A stretch of 64,000 bases of DNA from Lobosporangium transversale. Lineage: Eukaryota. The stretch covers positions 372,001-436,000 of the forward strand of contig NW_019028979.1 of the NCBI RefSeq assembly GCF_002105155.1. The letters are read 5' to 3'. The notes under the pieces are model-generated. The model ran no database searches and was not told the DNA's origin. It was given only the letters and a program-made list of their open reading frames with translations. Made by a program: the position numbers and the translations under genes. Each line of letters opens with the position of its first letter. Position 1 is the first letter of the stretch. Shown piece by piece: positions 36,862 to 51,641 of the stretch.

Positions 36862-38408
36862 ATGCTATTGACCCTTTTCTACCTTTCTCGACAATCATTA
36901 CGCTTAAATCTGCCCAGACATCTCATTCGGATCTCCGTCATGACCATTTCTACTCTGTCTGTTAATCCAGCCACGCTTTTCAAGACTCCTGTACGAGCTA
37001 TCTGGAATGTGGAAGGCGAAAATGTACCCACGCTCTGGTGGCCTGCAAAAAACCCTCTCCCCTCCTCAGAGAACAATGTAGGAGAGCCACACCACACTGT
37101 CTTATTTATGATCCCTGGTATGTAGTATCGCGACCATCATGACCATCGCTTACCCCTTGTTTGCTCCTTAAAGACTGCGTCTTTGTTTATATTGTTTGAT
37201 CATTTTGCTGTGTCCCAGACGCTTGATGCTATCATTCCCAAAACTATAATCAGACCGGCATGCTGCCGATCTCTTGAACCAAGAATTAATCCTTGATTCT
37301 TTTATCATATATCGATTTTGTATGATTTAGGAAACCCTGGTGTAATTGACTATTATACTCCATTCCTCCAGACAGTGCATGATACTTGTGAGGGAAAGAT
37401 CGACATTTTTGGAGGTAAAAGAAATTGTTTGATTTGTATTTAAATATTTTGTCATGACACATCTAAGAAATATTTAATTTCGTCCGCAAATTCCTCTCCC
37501 TTTTCTGCTTGCGACAGACCTTTACTCATCCGCCTACTTCCTCTCACTTTCTTTGAACTTACAGCCTCTCATTTGGGTCATTCATGGGGCTCACATATTA
37601 CGGACACTTCCAAACTGTATTCTTTGGAGGAACAAGTTGAAAATAAGATTGCAATTGTGGATCAACTCCGGAAAATATACCCTGCAGGAACCCGATTCAT
37701 CTTGGCGGGACATTCCATGGGTGCCTGGTTAGCGTTGCGAGTGCTCAAGGCTCGCCCCAATCATGGGATCGAACGGGTTTTTGCGCTGTTTCCTACTATT
37801 CATAGGATTGCAGACACTCCCAATGGCCGTAAACTATCGAAGGTAAAAACCAACTCAAATTAAATTATTACCTTTGAAACTTATTGTCCTCTCTCTTCGT
37901 GCTTTTAGGGAAGGAAGCCATGCTAAAGGTTGTTGTTTCTCATTACTCTTTACTTATTTATTATTTGTAGACTGTACTCAGCCCTTCGCTCAGGACATTT
38001 GCAGGAGGTTTAATCAGTACATTACGTTTTATCTGTTCAGCACCCCCTGTTTTTCAATCGCTTGTGGGCCTTATAGCGGGCCAGGAAGCCGATATGGCCA
38101 AGGTGACCTCCCAGAAATTGTTGCACAGTTATACAGTCAAGAATTGTCTGTATTTAGGGAATCAAGAAATGGATGCGATCAAGATTATGGATGAAGAGCT
38201 GATCGAAGAACATGCTTCTAAATTCGTGTTTTATTATGGCAAAACGGATGGTTGGAGTCCTATTGAGAACTATCATGAGATGCAGGAACGGTTTCCGAAC
38301 GTTAAGAGTTTTCTCTGCAAGCAGAGGATGGTTCATGCGTTTGTTTTAGGCCATGGTGAAGCCATGGGTCTGTTGGTTGGGGGATGGATTAATGAAAAGA
38401 GTATTTAA
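36862..38408 (+). CDS. Lipid droplet-associated hydrolase (LDAH/DUF2305, alpha/beta hydrolase)
   Basis: Four exons. Motifs: FMIPG|NPG.IDYY.PFL, GHSMG nucleophile elbow, LFPTI, FYYG.TDGW, HAF. An alternative ATG lies at 36940. Confidence 0.88.
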
Positions 38409-38852
38409 AAAAAGAAAAAAAAAATCCTCGCGAAAGCTAAATAGAACAATGGGAAACTATTGAAGAACACCTTACTGATTGCAACCTATGAAGGAATTTA
38501 TAGGATAGATTCGTGTGGAAAATGACGGTAACGGATGATTTACTTCACCCTACTCCTGAGTCTATGAATCTATAGCCTAAAAAAGGACAAAAACCATGCC
38601 ATTATTCCTCTTTGTACTCCCATCTGGAACAAAAAAAAAGTCTTCGACTGATCATTTATTACCACATCTGTCTACTCAGAAGCGTAAATGATCTTAATAC
38701 CTTACACAGGGAACTTCGGGGTAATATTAAGAATGAACTAAAGGAGATATACATGGCGTGTTCATCATGTTCATCATTCAAAAAAGGACTACCGCAGTAA
38801 GAGGATCCCAAAGATGATCTATCCTTAGTGCTCACGAATCGTTCTCAAAAGG

Positions 38853-38884
<32 letters not shown>

Positions 38885-39806
38885 TCAGCCGCACCATTTT
38901 TTCCCAGAATAGCATTCACTATTCGTGTGGCGTTCTATGAGGGAAAAAAAAAAAAAAAAAAAAAATTGTTTCGGACAAGATCTTGTATTGTTGACATTCA
39001 ACACTTTCTCTCCTCTCTCTGTCCCTCTTTGATCCTCCCTTGTTCTCCTGTTCACAAGGTCCAAAAGAGACACTTGAAGCTGAGGCAATACTTTATTGAG
39101 GTCACTGTCTGATGTTTATTTATTTATTTTCCCCTTGTTGTCCAAAATGGCGTGCCTGTAATTTCACAACGGAGGGCGCTTTAAAAACACTCTGTAGTCA
39201 CTCCAAAGAATGCAGTAAACGAATTATTTCTTAATGTATACGCTCTCCTTTCTTGCTTGGCGTTTGTGCGCGTTAAGGAAAGGAGTTACAAGCTTAGCTG
39301 ATGCACAAAGAGCAAGAAGATTGCTCCAGGGATCAAGCAAAAGGGAGGATCAAGCAAAAGGGAGGAAAAAAAAAAAAGAGTTAGGAAGTCAATTGCAAAT
39401 TGAGATGTGTGGGATGAATGAGCCAATCGTATCTGTTCGACAGAAAAGTTTGTGCACTCTATCCGTCTCACACACCTTCTTTTTTCTTTTTTCTTTTTCT
39501 TTTTTCGACTTCCATTGATTCTCTTTTTCTTCTTTTTCTTCTTTTTCTTTTTCTTTTTCTACACCTCTCTTTGTCTGTTAGTTAGATTCTCTTTCTCTCT
39601 TTCTTTTTCTTATTCACTTAAAACAATAACAACAGTAGCAACGACATAAACACCAACACCACCAACAACAGCGTCTGACTTCTTGGGTCCCTTCTCTACA
39701 ATTCACTTACGCCACACCTCTTGCCCACACCCACATCCACAGCTTGTCCCTATACCGGCCCTACATTCTCCACTCCCTCCCCCTTCCTTTCTTTTGTGAG
39801 GGCTTT

Positions 39807-39838
<32 letters not shown>

Positions 39839-39891
39839 CATTGTTTATTCTGCGCAACATCAGCATACCATTTCAATCACTCTCATTCACA

Positions 39892-42800
39892 ATGTTCAAT
39901 TCTCCCATCCTTCTCGACTTCAATAATGCAAAGAGATCCAAAATCACAAAAGCATGTGATAATTGTCGACGACGTAGAGTCAAATGCGATGGTGTACCTG
40001 GAGGCTGCGGAGGATGCAAAGCTGCAAAGACCCAATGTGTTTATACGACCAGCAACACAAAGCGTGGCCCACCCAAGGGTTATGTTGAAGTGATTGAAGA
40101 CAGGCTGGGCAAAATTGAAAACATGCTCACCAGCATTGTCAAAAAGAAGGCCCTTGTACCTAGTAGCTCATCCAACAAGGGCACACCAACCCAGTCAGAC
40201 GTTGAAGATAATAACGACGACGACGACAACAATAATGATAATGACCATGCTAGCATTTACTCTTCTGACCTGGTCGAAGTGAAAAAACAGCCTCCAGCTT
40301 CACCACCGCTGCGTCCAGCACGCTCTATCACTCCAGCCAGCTCTAGCACACGCGCAGGTTCCGTAGCAATCTCTGCATCTTCTATCCTTCGCCATTCTCC
40401 TCTGGTCTCACGCAACCGGTCACTATCATCCTTGCTACCTTTCCCTAATGACAATAACAGCATGCTAGAGTATCCAGATTCTGTATCTCAGGTTGACATG
40501 GCTACACTGACTAAATCATTTGACAAGTTGGGATCAACCTCCATTCGTACATCCGTGCCTTTTCCATGGCTCTCACCGGAGCAATCCCATCAATATGGAC
40601 GTAACTTTCTTCATTTCACACCACAGAGTCTGGAACCACCCCTACCTGTTTTGTTTTCACGTCCATCAACCCCATCCATTTCATCCGATCAACAACTCCG
40701 ACTCCTGAACGCGTACTTTGACCACTTCAACGTCTTTTTACCTATTATTCACCGCCACCAGTTTATGAAGCAATGGCAGCGACAGTTTTGTCCGCTCTGC
40801 TCCCCCTCCATACACTCACGCTCACAGTCTCCTACAAGGACAAAACAACTGAAACAACAGCAACAACAGCCATCTCCGCAAGAAGTTGAGGCCCATAAAG
40901 AACACTTGTTGAACCCTGTGATACCTCTTTCTCCACTTCTTCTGAATGCACTCCTCGCAGTTGCATCAAAAGTCCCTATTGTCAATCACTCAGAAGGCTC
41001 ACCAACGGCCTCCATGCACAGCCAAGAATTTTTTGATGCAGCCCGATTGCTTCTCGACGATTTCTTGGATGTTCCGCGTGTGAGTACAGTGCAGGCATTG
41101 ACCTTAATGTCTCAGTTTCATCACCAGAATCAATGGAAGATTACGCGGAGCAATAGCTATCTCGCGACGGCTATCCGAATGGCGCATGAACTAGGCCTTA
41201 ATCGAGACCCAGAAATGCTTTGTGGAGCAGAAGCTGATGCCCTCCGATGCCTGTGGTGGTCCTTGTTCATCCTGGTACTTTTATATTTTTATATAATATT
41301 GTTACTACGTGTACTCTCTTTACAGTTAACTTTTCTTCCTTACATGAATTTTTTTTTTCTTTTTTCTTTTTTTTTTTTTTTTTTTTGGCCATTTTAGGAT
41401 CATCAATTCTCGGCTTGGCTTGGTCTTAGCCTGCTTATACAGGGTAAAGAAAGTAATGTTGAACTTCCCATGGACTTTAGTTCCTCTCCTGTGGAACTTC
41501 GTGGATTTGTGTGCATGGTGCGGTTAGTGAAGGTAACAGCATTTTCGATGCGATCAAGATCATTTGTGCTAATTTGGAAAAAAGACCGGATGAGACTGAT
41601 ATGATAAAGTTATCATAATATTAATTAGATTTTGAGCAGCGTGCTACAGCACTCATATTCGACTCAATCATTGCCTCCACAGTTTGGTGGCCATGATTCC
41701 ATGGTATCTTACATCGAAGGGTCGCTAACATCCTGGTTGAGCAATTTGGCACCCGATTTACGGTGGCATTATCCGAATGGTGTTGGTGCTAGAAAAAGCC
41801 CACTCAATCCCCAACAGCAGCAGGCCATCGTCGTTGGTGTTAAACATGCAACGGCGCTTGCCAAAGACTATAGCGAGATATACCCGGCTTATTTGTATAT
41901 TATGTACAATATGACCTTGATCTTATTGCATCGACCCTACATTGTAGGTGCGGCGGGCTCCCCTGCCGCAGCTCAATCCAACACCATCTGTACTGGCTCC
42001 GGGCGTGCAATTACGGACATTGCTCAAGGCTTGGATATCATGCATTGCTCATATGTAGTGAACCGCTACGCACTTTATGCACTGTTGCAGGCTGGTGTCA
42101 TTCATGCTATGAATGCAGTCTATGATAGACGTGGATCCAATGTTGCCATGGACTACTACAAGCGGACACTACATATCCTGGGCAACTTTCTAACGTGCAC
42201 AGAGTATGCGGGTGGTGTTGCAGAGGGTATCAAGGTACTTCATAAGACATGTCGTACGCCGAATTCTGTCGTGTTAAAGTGTATTGTTTTTGGCATATTT
42301 TGATAAAATACTGATGAATCTTTGATCCGATTAGATACTGGAGCAATTTCTGGCCACCACATCCAAGAATGCAGCAGAAGATGAATTAAAAGAAGGAGGC
42401 ACCGGAGATTTAGAATCATCAATGATAGAGCAGGATGAAAGTCAGTCTAGTCGTAAGAGGAAACAAATGGATGCCTCTGCTCTCCATGAATCTGTTCAGA
42501 ACATGGTGAAACCTATCCCATATCAGCCCCAGCTCCAGTCACAGCCTCAGCAACAGCCTCATCTACAGCCTCAGCAACAGCCTACAGTGTGCTCCATGTC
42601 CACTGCAACGTCAAATGGGTTTGTTCAGTCGCCTCTTTTGACAACGACTACACTTTCAATGATGGCATCCCCCAAACCGATTGCTGTCATTGGTTCGCAA
42701 CCCCCCTACATGTACAGCCTTAACCAATCAACGCCAGCGATGGATCTTAAGGAACAGCAGAAACTGCAGCAACTCAAGATTCAACAGCAGCACCGCATGT

Positions 42801-43456
42801 ACCAACAGATGCAGACATTTGGTGGCGGCCCCATCAAGACGGAATTGAATAAAGAGATTGATTCGAAGAAGCTGGAGCAGCAACAACAACAGCAGCAGCA
42901 ACTATTGAGGCAACAGCTCCAGCGCCAACAGCAAAGACAGCAGCTCGAGTTGGAGATGAAAGATCAGGAAAATAAGAACGGATCCATTAATCCAGCATCA
43001 TTGCAATCACCCTCGCCTTCTGTAGCGACGCCTGTCATCCCCAGTCACCGATTCGCTCTGCAGATGTTGCAGCAACAGCAGCATCAACATCAGCACCAAG
43101 CTCTTCAACAAGCACCCCTTATTCCAATGACTATGTCATTGACAACCATGGCGATGGGAGCAGAAGGGAAGACGATGGACCAAAGTTTTCAATTGAGCAA
43201 TGCTATCAATTGCTCCACCCCTACGACTAGCAACAGTATCAACAGCAATGGGATGATAACTCCATCCTCCACCACTTCACTTGGGGTTGGATATGGCACA
43301 CAATTCTGGATGGACTTTTCGACTGCGGATCCGTCAGCATCGTTGAGCGCTGGTATTGTGAACCCCGGTGGTCTGAACCAAGGTTCTCTCCGCGTAGCCA
43401 ACACAACCGAAGGGCAGAACCAGCATGAGGGATCAACATCCCAAAGCTGGATGTAA
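39892..43456 (+). CDS. Zn(II)2Cys6 transcription factor with Fungal_trans (middle homology) domain and Q-rich C-terminus
   Basis: Motifs: CDNCRRRRVKCDG....CGGC......C.Y, KRGP, YFDHFN.FLPIIH, AIRMAHELGLNR, LWWSLFILD, ILLHRPY. Exons ~39892-41274, 41398-41532, 41629-42234 and 42334-43456. Confidence 0.93.
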
Positions 43457-44838
43457 AAGAAAACAAGATCAGATAAGAAATGGGCCATGACTCGACTTCT
43501 TCATCATTTTCATTATTATTTTTACATTTCACATTTCGATTGTATGCTACACTTTTTCCCACTACCTCTCTCTTCCCTTAACACTGTCATTTATCATCAT
43601 CATGTTATATTATGAAAGTAATTTTTGAATTTAAAATAAAAAATCAGTCTTTAAAAGAAGCTGGATTCAACATGGTATATTTCTGTCATCTAATGTTTAT
43701 GTCACCCATCACATGCTAAATGACAGTTTTTTAGTAGCATCTTTTAGTAGCTCTTTCTTATTTATCTAAAAAACTACTAACTTGCTGGCAACTGAGGATG
43801 GAAAAAGTTGTGAGCAAAAAGGAACAACATTCCTCTTGTTATGCTTTATGGCCCTTCTTTACAAGCTCGAATTCAAAACATTTCTTTTTAACAATTGTAT
43901 GCTCTTTCACCGAATGTCATTGATATTGGCAGAAGAGATGGAAGCTTACATGTATCATCCGTAGCACTTTGGACATGCAGGTCCGGGTATTGCGTTAGGC
44001 TTTCCAGTAGAGTTGTTGCCCTTCCATTTAGATGAATAAGCAAAAAAAAAAAAAAAAAAAAAAAAGGGGCCCTTTACTGCCGTATAGGCTAATTAGTTTT
44101 CCTTAGCAAATCTGATGGATGGATGGAGAAATGAGAGCGTATTTGTTATGAGCGAACGTGCGAGCTTTTTTTTAATTTTTTTTTTTATTTAATATCATCA
44201 ATGAATGAGAATGTGAAATGTGGAAGGAACAAAACATGGTTTGATATTTAGCGCCGTTAATTGGCAATTTAACAAAACAATTATCGGACGAGCCCTCCTC
44301 TCATAATTTTTTTTTTTTTCTACTTGCAACCAATACCTTGGAACTTGGAACTTGGACCTGGGTCTAAGTTTTACATTAAGACATGGTCAAGTATATGTAT
44401 ATATTGTCCAATGTTTGATATGATACAAAGGAGCTTTTTTTTTTCTTCTTTTTTATAAAAACCTGGTCATCTGTAAAAATGATTATTGATGTGCAATGAT
44501 ATAAAAAATGCTCTCGTATCCAATGCGGCTGCTGACAAGCCCTTTAGCCTCCTGTTTAATATATCTTTCTACACATGACACCTAAACTATCAAACTAACG
44601 GGTTATAAGCAATTATCTGTTTGTCCAACAGATACTCCCAAGTGATCACCTAAACTCTCAATAGTAGAGTCTTTTCTTCTACTGAGGATGTCTTGATAAC
44701 CACATTCTGGAGGAAGGGTACATTCCATTGTCGCATTTGCCCAAAAGGAAGAGAAAGAGAGAATGAAAAGACCAAACCCAAACCCAAACCCAAAATCCAA
44801 GTTAATAACCAATACTAAAACAGTGTTGTTGGGCCTTT

Positions 44839-44872
<34 letters not shown>

Positions 44873-45354
44873 GGGAAAAGAAAAAAGAAAAACGTGAGAG
44901 CGTGTATATATTTGATTTTATGAGTTTTGTAAACTACTTCCATTAATTCACATTGAACACAGCCTTGCTGAGTAAACTATAACTACTGCATGCAATGTCC
45001 TCTCTCTTTCCTTCTCTCCTTTACTCTTCCTCTTCCCTATTCTATTCCACTTTACTCTCTTCCTTTCTCTTTTTCTCCTCTCTTTCCTTTTCTCTCTTTC
45101 TCTCCTTTTACCCTTTCGTTGTCAATCTACTTCACATTCCTCTCCTCATTCCTTAGTCTGCCGACAACTCCATCTCTCATTTCATATAAGCACCCTTTTA
45201 CGAAAATAAAGAAGCACCTTCAGCAGGACAGGAATTATCTGGATATCTACCAAGAAAAAGAATAAATAAAAGAACACATACTCATACAAAGTAAATAAAA
45301 AAACTCATACTCATACAAAGTAAATAAAAAAAAAGAAAAAGAAAAAGAACAACC

Positions 45355-45995
45355 ATGTCGTACGCTATGCGCCGCAAGAACCTTGGTAAGGAAGCCTACA
45401 TTTTCTTTATTCCCTTTTGAATGAAACATGGCAACGCGTGGTTCCTGGCTGAAGATTCTCTCACGTACGCGTCGTAATAACACAGACAAAAATCACTGAC
45501 CAAGACAAACCCTTTTTTATTCACTTCATATAATCTTTACATGATGCTGGAAACTTTATGATGCCGATTGCCTTCTATCGTGCTCTGCTGCATCATCAAT
45601 ATCCTTTCTCGGTCTCTTCTCTTTCTTCCTCTCTCTATTTTTTTTTTTTTTTTTTTTTACTATTCTTCGCATGGATGGCTATGACTGTTTCAATCTTTCG
45701 GGAAATTCAACTTCTGCTCGACATGGGATACAAATTAACAAACAACTATTTATTGGGACAACTTTCGGGACAACATCCTTATTTTTCTTGAAACATTCTT
45801 TGTTGGTCGCGGGTGGTTGATTCTCTTTATTAATTTCGATTCACCTCTGACTTTTACCGCGGCTCCCTTCTTTTTTGGTGGTTCGTGGACGGGAAAAAAA
45901 AAACAACAACAACGACCTATTCATAATGGTCATGTATCTCTGTTTCATGGGTCCCTTCTTGGGTTTAATTGCTCACGACTTTCACTCATGATTGG

Positions 45996-46029
<34 letters not shown>

Positions 46030-47809
46030 CACTTGGGCTTCTCTTATTAACTTATTCTTTTACTATATTGCGAAAATGCTCTGAATCAACTCTTATTTTT
46101 CTGGTCTGCCCGCCCATCGCTCTCGACTTTTTTTTTTTTTTTTCCTTTTTTTCTAAACGAAAAAACAACATAACACTATGATGGTGGTTTTTTAAATGAT
46201 GCCGCCTCTCTTTGTTGATGATTCGATCTTTCTTTTTTTTTTTTGTGCATGTTTGTTTTGCGTGGTTGAACCCCATGATGATTAATATCAACAAATTATT
46301 ACCTTCATCACATTTGCACGGAAAATAAAATCAGTCTCGGAACTGAACCTGATGGTCGCGGGATACAGTGGTCTGGGAAAGACGAGCTTCATCCGAACAC
46401 TGTGTGGAACATTCAAGCTTCGAGCATCCGCCACTGGTGGGCTCAAGAACAAGGCTTCTTCTCCAAACCTTCCAGACGATATAGCAGCTGACAAGAAACC
46501 CACCTCTCCCACCTCTCCCACCTCTCCCATTGCCATCAAACCTCATACGACCAAGGAGTCTGTAGCCTATGCTACCGGGCAGTTGGAGCGCACACTCAAC
46601 TCATTCGAGGCACTTTTTGAGATTGATGAAGGGAACGAAAAAATCAACCTGACTTTGGTCGACACACCTGGATTTGTTGGCTCTGATGAGGTTATTGATT
46701 CCCATTGCGACGAAATCTTGCGTTATCTTGAATATCAGTTTGACTTGACACTTGCTGAGGTAAAGAACAAACCTGCTGACTGTTAATTTTTATAATAACC
46801 TTCTTGAGTTCTTGTGTATTGAAATTGTTAATTTGTGTCACCATCAATCCTTAATTGCTGTGAAATACAATCTCATCACTTTTTTTTTATTCATTGGTGT
46901 TGATAGGAAAGAAAAGTCCGCAGAAACCCCAAGGCTATCGACAATCAGATCCATGCCTGCCTCTACTTTATCGACCACTCTTCACCACGCCTAGGTCTGT
47001 CGGATGCAGATGTTCGGATTCTAAAGCGTCTAGGCACACGTGTCAACCTGATTCCCGTCATTGCTCGGGCTGATACCCTCACACGCGCATACTGCAAGCG
47101 TCTGAAGCAGGCTATCCTTAAGGATGCAGCTCACCACCAGATTCAGTTTTTCCAATTCTTGAGCCCCAAATTAGCCAAGAGATTGCAACAACAGTACGGA
47201 GAACAGAACGATGGCAAGAAGAAGCGGGCCAGTCGACAGGGACCTGGTGATGATGAGGAGGCAGCAGAACACGGCCTGGCTAATGACGAGGAAGACGAGG
47301 AAGAAGAAGATGATTATGATGAAGATGACTGGGACTCAGAATTCTTGGAAGAAAAGGCACATTTACAATCACTTGTACCCTTCACAGTGATTGCACAGGA
47401 GGAGGATGGCGTGGATATCCGTGACGAGAATGGCAATCACATCCAAGGACGTGAGTTTCCTTGGGGTATTTTGAACTGTCTTGATAGCAATCACTGCGAC
47501 TTGGCAAGCCTTCGTTCAGCTCTATTGTCCTCTCATCGCCAGGAGCTTAAAGAAATTACCTATGGCTACTTTTACGAGAAGTATCGTACAGAAAAGCTAC
47601 TAGCACGGACCAAGAGCCAGCAATTCGCAATGCAACAACAGCAACAACATCAACAGCCACATTATCAACAACAACCACATCAACCATACCCCCCACAGCA
47701 ACAGCACTTGAGGAATGGTAGTGCAGGGATACCACCAGCACGCATCCAGACCAAAGGCCCGATAATGAATGGTGGTTCATCAAATGCCACCGGTACTTGG
47801 GAAGAATAA
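45355..47809 (+). CDS. Septin GTPase (atypical; no evident C-terminal coiled coil)
   Basis: Exons 45355-45385 (MSYAMRRKNL), 46335-46759 and 46907-47809. Motifs: G1 GYSGLGKT, G3 DTPG, D.QIHACLYFI, VNLIPVIARADTLT, PFTVI, GREFPWG, HCDLASLR. Confidence 0.92.
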
Positions 47810-48237
47810 AAAGTAACAACAAGATCAACTCCATCAGTAACGAAATCATTTATACACCAACATGCAATGAAAATATACAATGAATCAGTTTCAAGACTTT
47901 ATATCCTTTTATTATGATTATTTTTCTACCGCACCTTTGTTATTAAACTCTTCCAAATAATCAAATCATAGTCCACGCACATTTCTTAATAGAAAGTAAA
48001 AAAAAAAAAAAAAAAAAAAAAATGAAAAATGAAGCAAAACAATAACCACACCCATTGCAAAATACTTGTATTTTTAAGTAGACCCAAAGCTCATTTGCTT
48101 AAAAAGCTCTTTGTGAATAAGCTTAGGACGAAAAGAAGTGTATAGGATTTGAGGTTTCTAAGCATTCTACCATAGCCATCACACAAATAGCCCTGACCAC
48201 ATCTATTGTTAAGAATGAGTAATAGATTGATGGGCAT

Positions 48238-48278
<41 letters not shown>

Positions 48279-50740
48279 GGACCGGACCACAACAGAATCT
48301 CATCAAGCTTTAGATTTACCAGGCATTTTTAACAACTACGAAGGATCTTCAAAACAGCGCCCCATTTTATCGGCGGTAGGAAAACTTAAGGCTTTATGGC
48401 ATCAGCAAACAGGTATTTCATCAACTCCGCAGACAGCATGCAGTAAGCAAGTACCCTCTAAAGAGCTACCACAGCATTCAAACAAATAAGCAAAAAAAAA
48501 AGGTATCTTTTAAGCTTTTTTGGGCTGTCAAAGTACAGACAGAATTTGGCTCTTATAGTTGGAATGTAATCGATATGCACTCAGCCTTACGCAAAGCAAA
48601 CCAAAGAAATGAAGACCGGCCAAGCCCATTGAAGTCCGAGCAATATTGCAAATCCTGGTCTTTATATATATATATATTTTTTACGCTAAATAATGTGAAT
48701 AAAACAGCGCGCTCAAAAAGTCTCTAACTAATATATACCCGATAGCACTGTAGCCGTCTGTATCATATACAAAGATGGTAACGATTAAAAACACAAGCTA
48801 GCCTAAGGCTAGGTTCTAGAAGCGTAACATAATGATTGAATTATTACAGAGGACAGATACATGTAACAAAAACAAGCTATCTATTGAATACCCTTGATAC
48901 TGATAGATATATCTTTTGGTATATTGATCTTCACATAGTTTGATGTTTGATAGGGACAGGAGGAAGTAACACTATATCGGTTTCTTCATCTATTGATATG
49001 GGAATGATGCCTAGGGCTTTTTCCTTAGCAGATGATTGTTTCATCTTGAACAACCTAAGCCTTACAAAGAGTCAATAAAGGAAAGAAGGGGAGAATTGTG
49101 TGTCTTAGAGCTACGGCTATATCAGTATCTGTGTTGGCTTTGACGAACACTGCATAGGTTGGCTCATAGTGATGTACAATAGATTATAATGAAGCAAGTG
49201 GGATAGTGATGAACATCACTGTATCAAATGTCAGCATCCTAGGAATTTTCGCTTGCAGGTTTCAGTACAGACTGGCAAAAGAACGTCAACAACCTGTCAT
49301 CACTAATTGCATCACAGGAGCCAACTCGTTTAGTGGCGTGAGGGGGAAAAACACTGGCAGCCCTTCAATCATGTCTTGATTTTCTTGGTACGACAAGTGG
49401 AGATGAAACCAAAAAAAAAAAAAAAATTAAAGTTTATTAATCAGATAATTCAACATGGCAATGCTTGACATGTTGCAGAATATTAATTACAATGTACATG
49501 TACACGGAAGTTTATTTTGTCTGCGCTTTTTTACTATCAAGTGTATATATACTTCCAAGTCTATACATGCTGTTTTGTTTGATATAAATGCATGTACATT
49601 GCACTTCTCTTATTAAGAGCATCGTTCATGCAAAAGGAAACTTCTTTAGAAACGGCAATGCATATTACAAAGGCGTGGAACCAACCTATCTACTGCCGTA
49701 GCTATATGCTAGGGCTAGGTGAAGGTAATATCAGCTTCATACCAAGGACCTGCGTATGGGTCAAAGTGGTAGAGTAAGGAGAGGAAAAAAAAAAAAAAAA
49801 AAAAAAAGAGAGAGAGAGCTTTATCTCATCATATTTATGGATACATTGACATCTTTAATGGCTGTATAACAAAACAGATCAAGGCATGGATAAACACGCC
49901 ACTACCATTTAACATATAGACATGTATAATCTTCCCCCCCTCCCCTTCTCCCCTGGAACGTTTGAAGAAGAGCAGAGATCATTCATTGGACAGCCTTGAA
50001 TATGGTGTCAACACTTGTAATGGTTTGACTCGTTTGAAACGATCATAGCATGGTTTTATGATATGAATATACGTATCTGATCCAATAGTTTTTTTTCTTT
50101 TTTCTTTTTTTATAGATGGTCGATCAATCAATGAGGTTAATTCCAAGTCCCGATCTGACGGTGGCACAGATCATGAACAAAAATGATTTTTTTCTTTTCT
50201 TTTTTTTTATATTAATATTATAATTGCGGAGAATCTTTTTATAAGGAAATGGAGGGAAACGTGCCATGAACGAAAGGTGAAGAGCCCAAGTACATGTACA
50301 TATTACATATTTGGTAAAGGTTTAAGAAAAGAGTCAGATATGAACATTTATGGCTGATTTGAATGAAATATATCTTTCTTTTTTACTTTTTTATTTTATT
50401 TCTTGCTTTATTCCTGCGGCAACTTGCACCTCCTTATGAACTTTGTCTTTTATTTTAAAAAAAAGCTTTATGTTAGATTTGTAAAGTACATAAAATTAAG
50501 TAGATATGAATAAATGTATTCATTTTCATGTATTAAAACTGAGGAAGAAACACTAGGCTGGTTTAAATTGCGTAGACCACACTTTTTAAAAATGTGTGGA
50601 CACTTGGATCTTTTCGGTGACAAAAAATGAAAAATACATGAGTCTGAGTATATGAATTAACCTTATGCTGCAGGTAAAAAAAAAAAAAAAAAAAAAAATT
50701 TCCCGCCACATCTGAATGCAAGAGGATATCATTTGTCGGT

Positions 50741-50774
<34 letters not shown>

Positions 50775-51641
50775 TAATTCCTAGCTGAATGGACGCATCA
50801 TTGATAGCCCCAAGGTCCTATGTCATATTATGGCAGCGAGTGAGGAGAGGACGGAGGAAGGAGGGGAAAAAAGTTCTTTCTTTTTCAATAAGAAAACAGA
50901 AAAAAAGAGCAGAGAGGGGGGGCGAAGATGGAAGTGAGGAGACCTTAGGATACTAGACATTTTGGGAAATCTGAGCACATGGTACATCCAATGTACAAAA
51001 CAAGCCCAAATGAATGAAGGATACAAGAAATAAGATACAAATTAGAATACAAGTAAATTACTTGAGAGAGTGAGGGGTAATAAAAACCGTTTGAAATCGC
51101 ACCCTTGTTTTTTGATTTTTTTTTCTTTTCTATTCTTTTCTCTCTTTTTCTTCTTTCTCTTTCTTTCCTTTCTGTTCTCTTCCTTACATATTCCTTGAGA
51201 TCAGACAGGTCATTGTCATCTCCACTTCACTCCCCATCTCATCCATCCTGCTGGAGTATTCTCTGTACATTCCCTCGCTTCCTCATCCCCCCTTCCCTCC
51301 CTACCTCTCCTTGACCACTCTCGCATACTGTTCCTACTGTTATGACATCGTAGACAGTCGCTAACCCTTTACGTTTTAATGCCCTAGAACTTCCTTGTGT
51401 TATATCGCTTTTTTATTGATAATACAGTCCATCGCACCTTTATTCCTTAAATCTTGAAACCGATTAACGTTCAAATCGCGTCTTCTACAATCATTACCAT
51501 TCTTTTATTTGACCTCACTTGTTCTATATCACTGTCTTCATCATCATTCCGCCTCACTTATCCCAATTTGCCTTGCATCTCACCTTTCGTCCCAAGAAAA
51601 AGAAAAAAAGGAAAACAAAAGAGAAGAGAAACTATAAAAAA

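Noticed and set aside
48730..49130. Possible MITE with imperfect terminal inverted repeats
   Set aside because: The match is too short and degenerate, and I see no clear target-site duplication.
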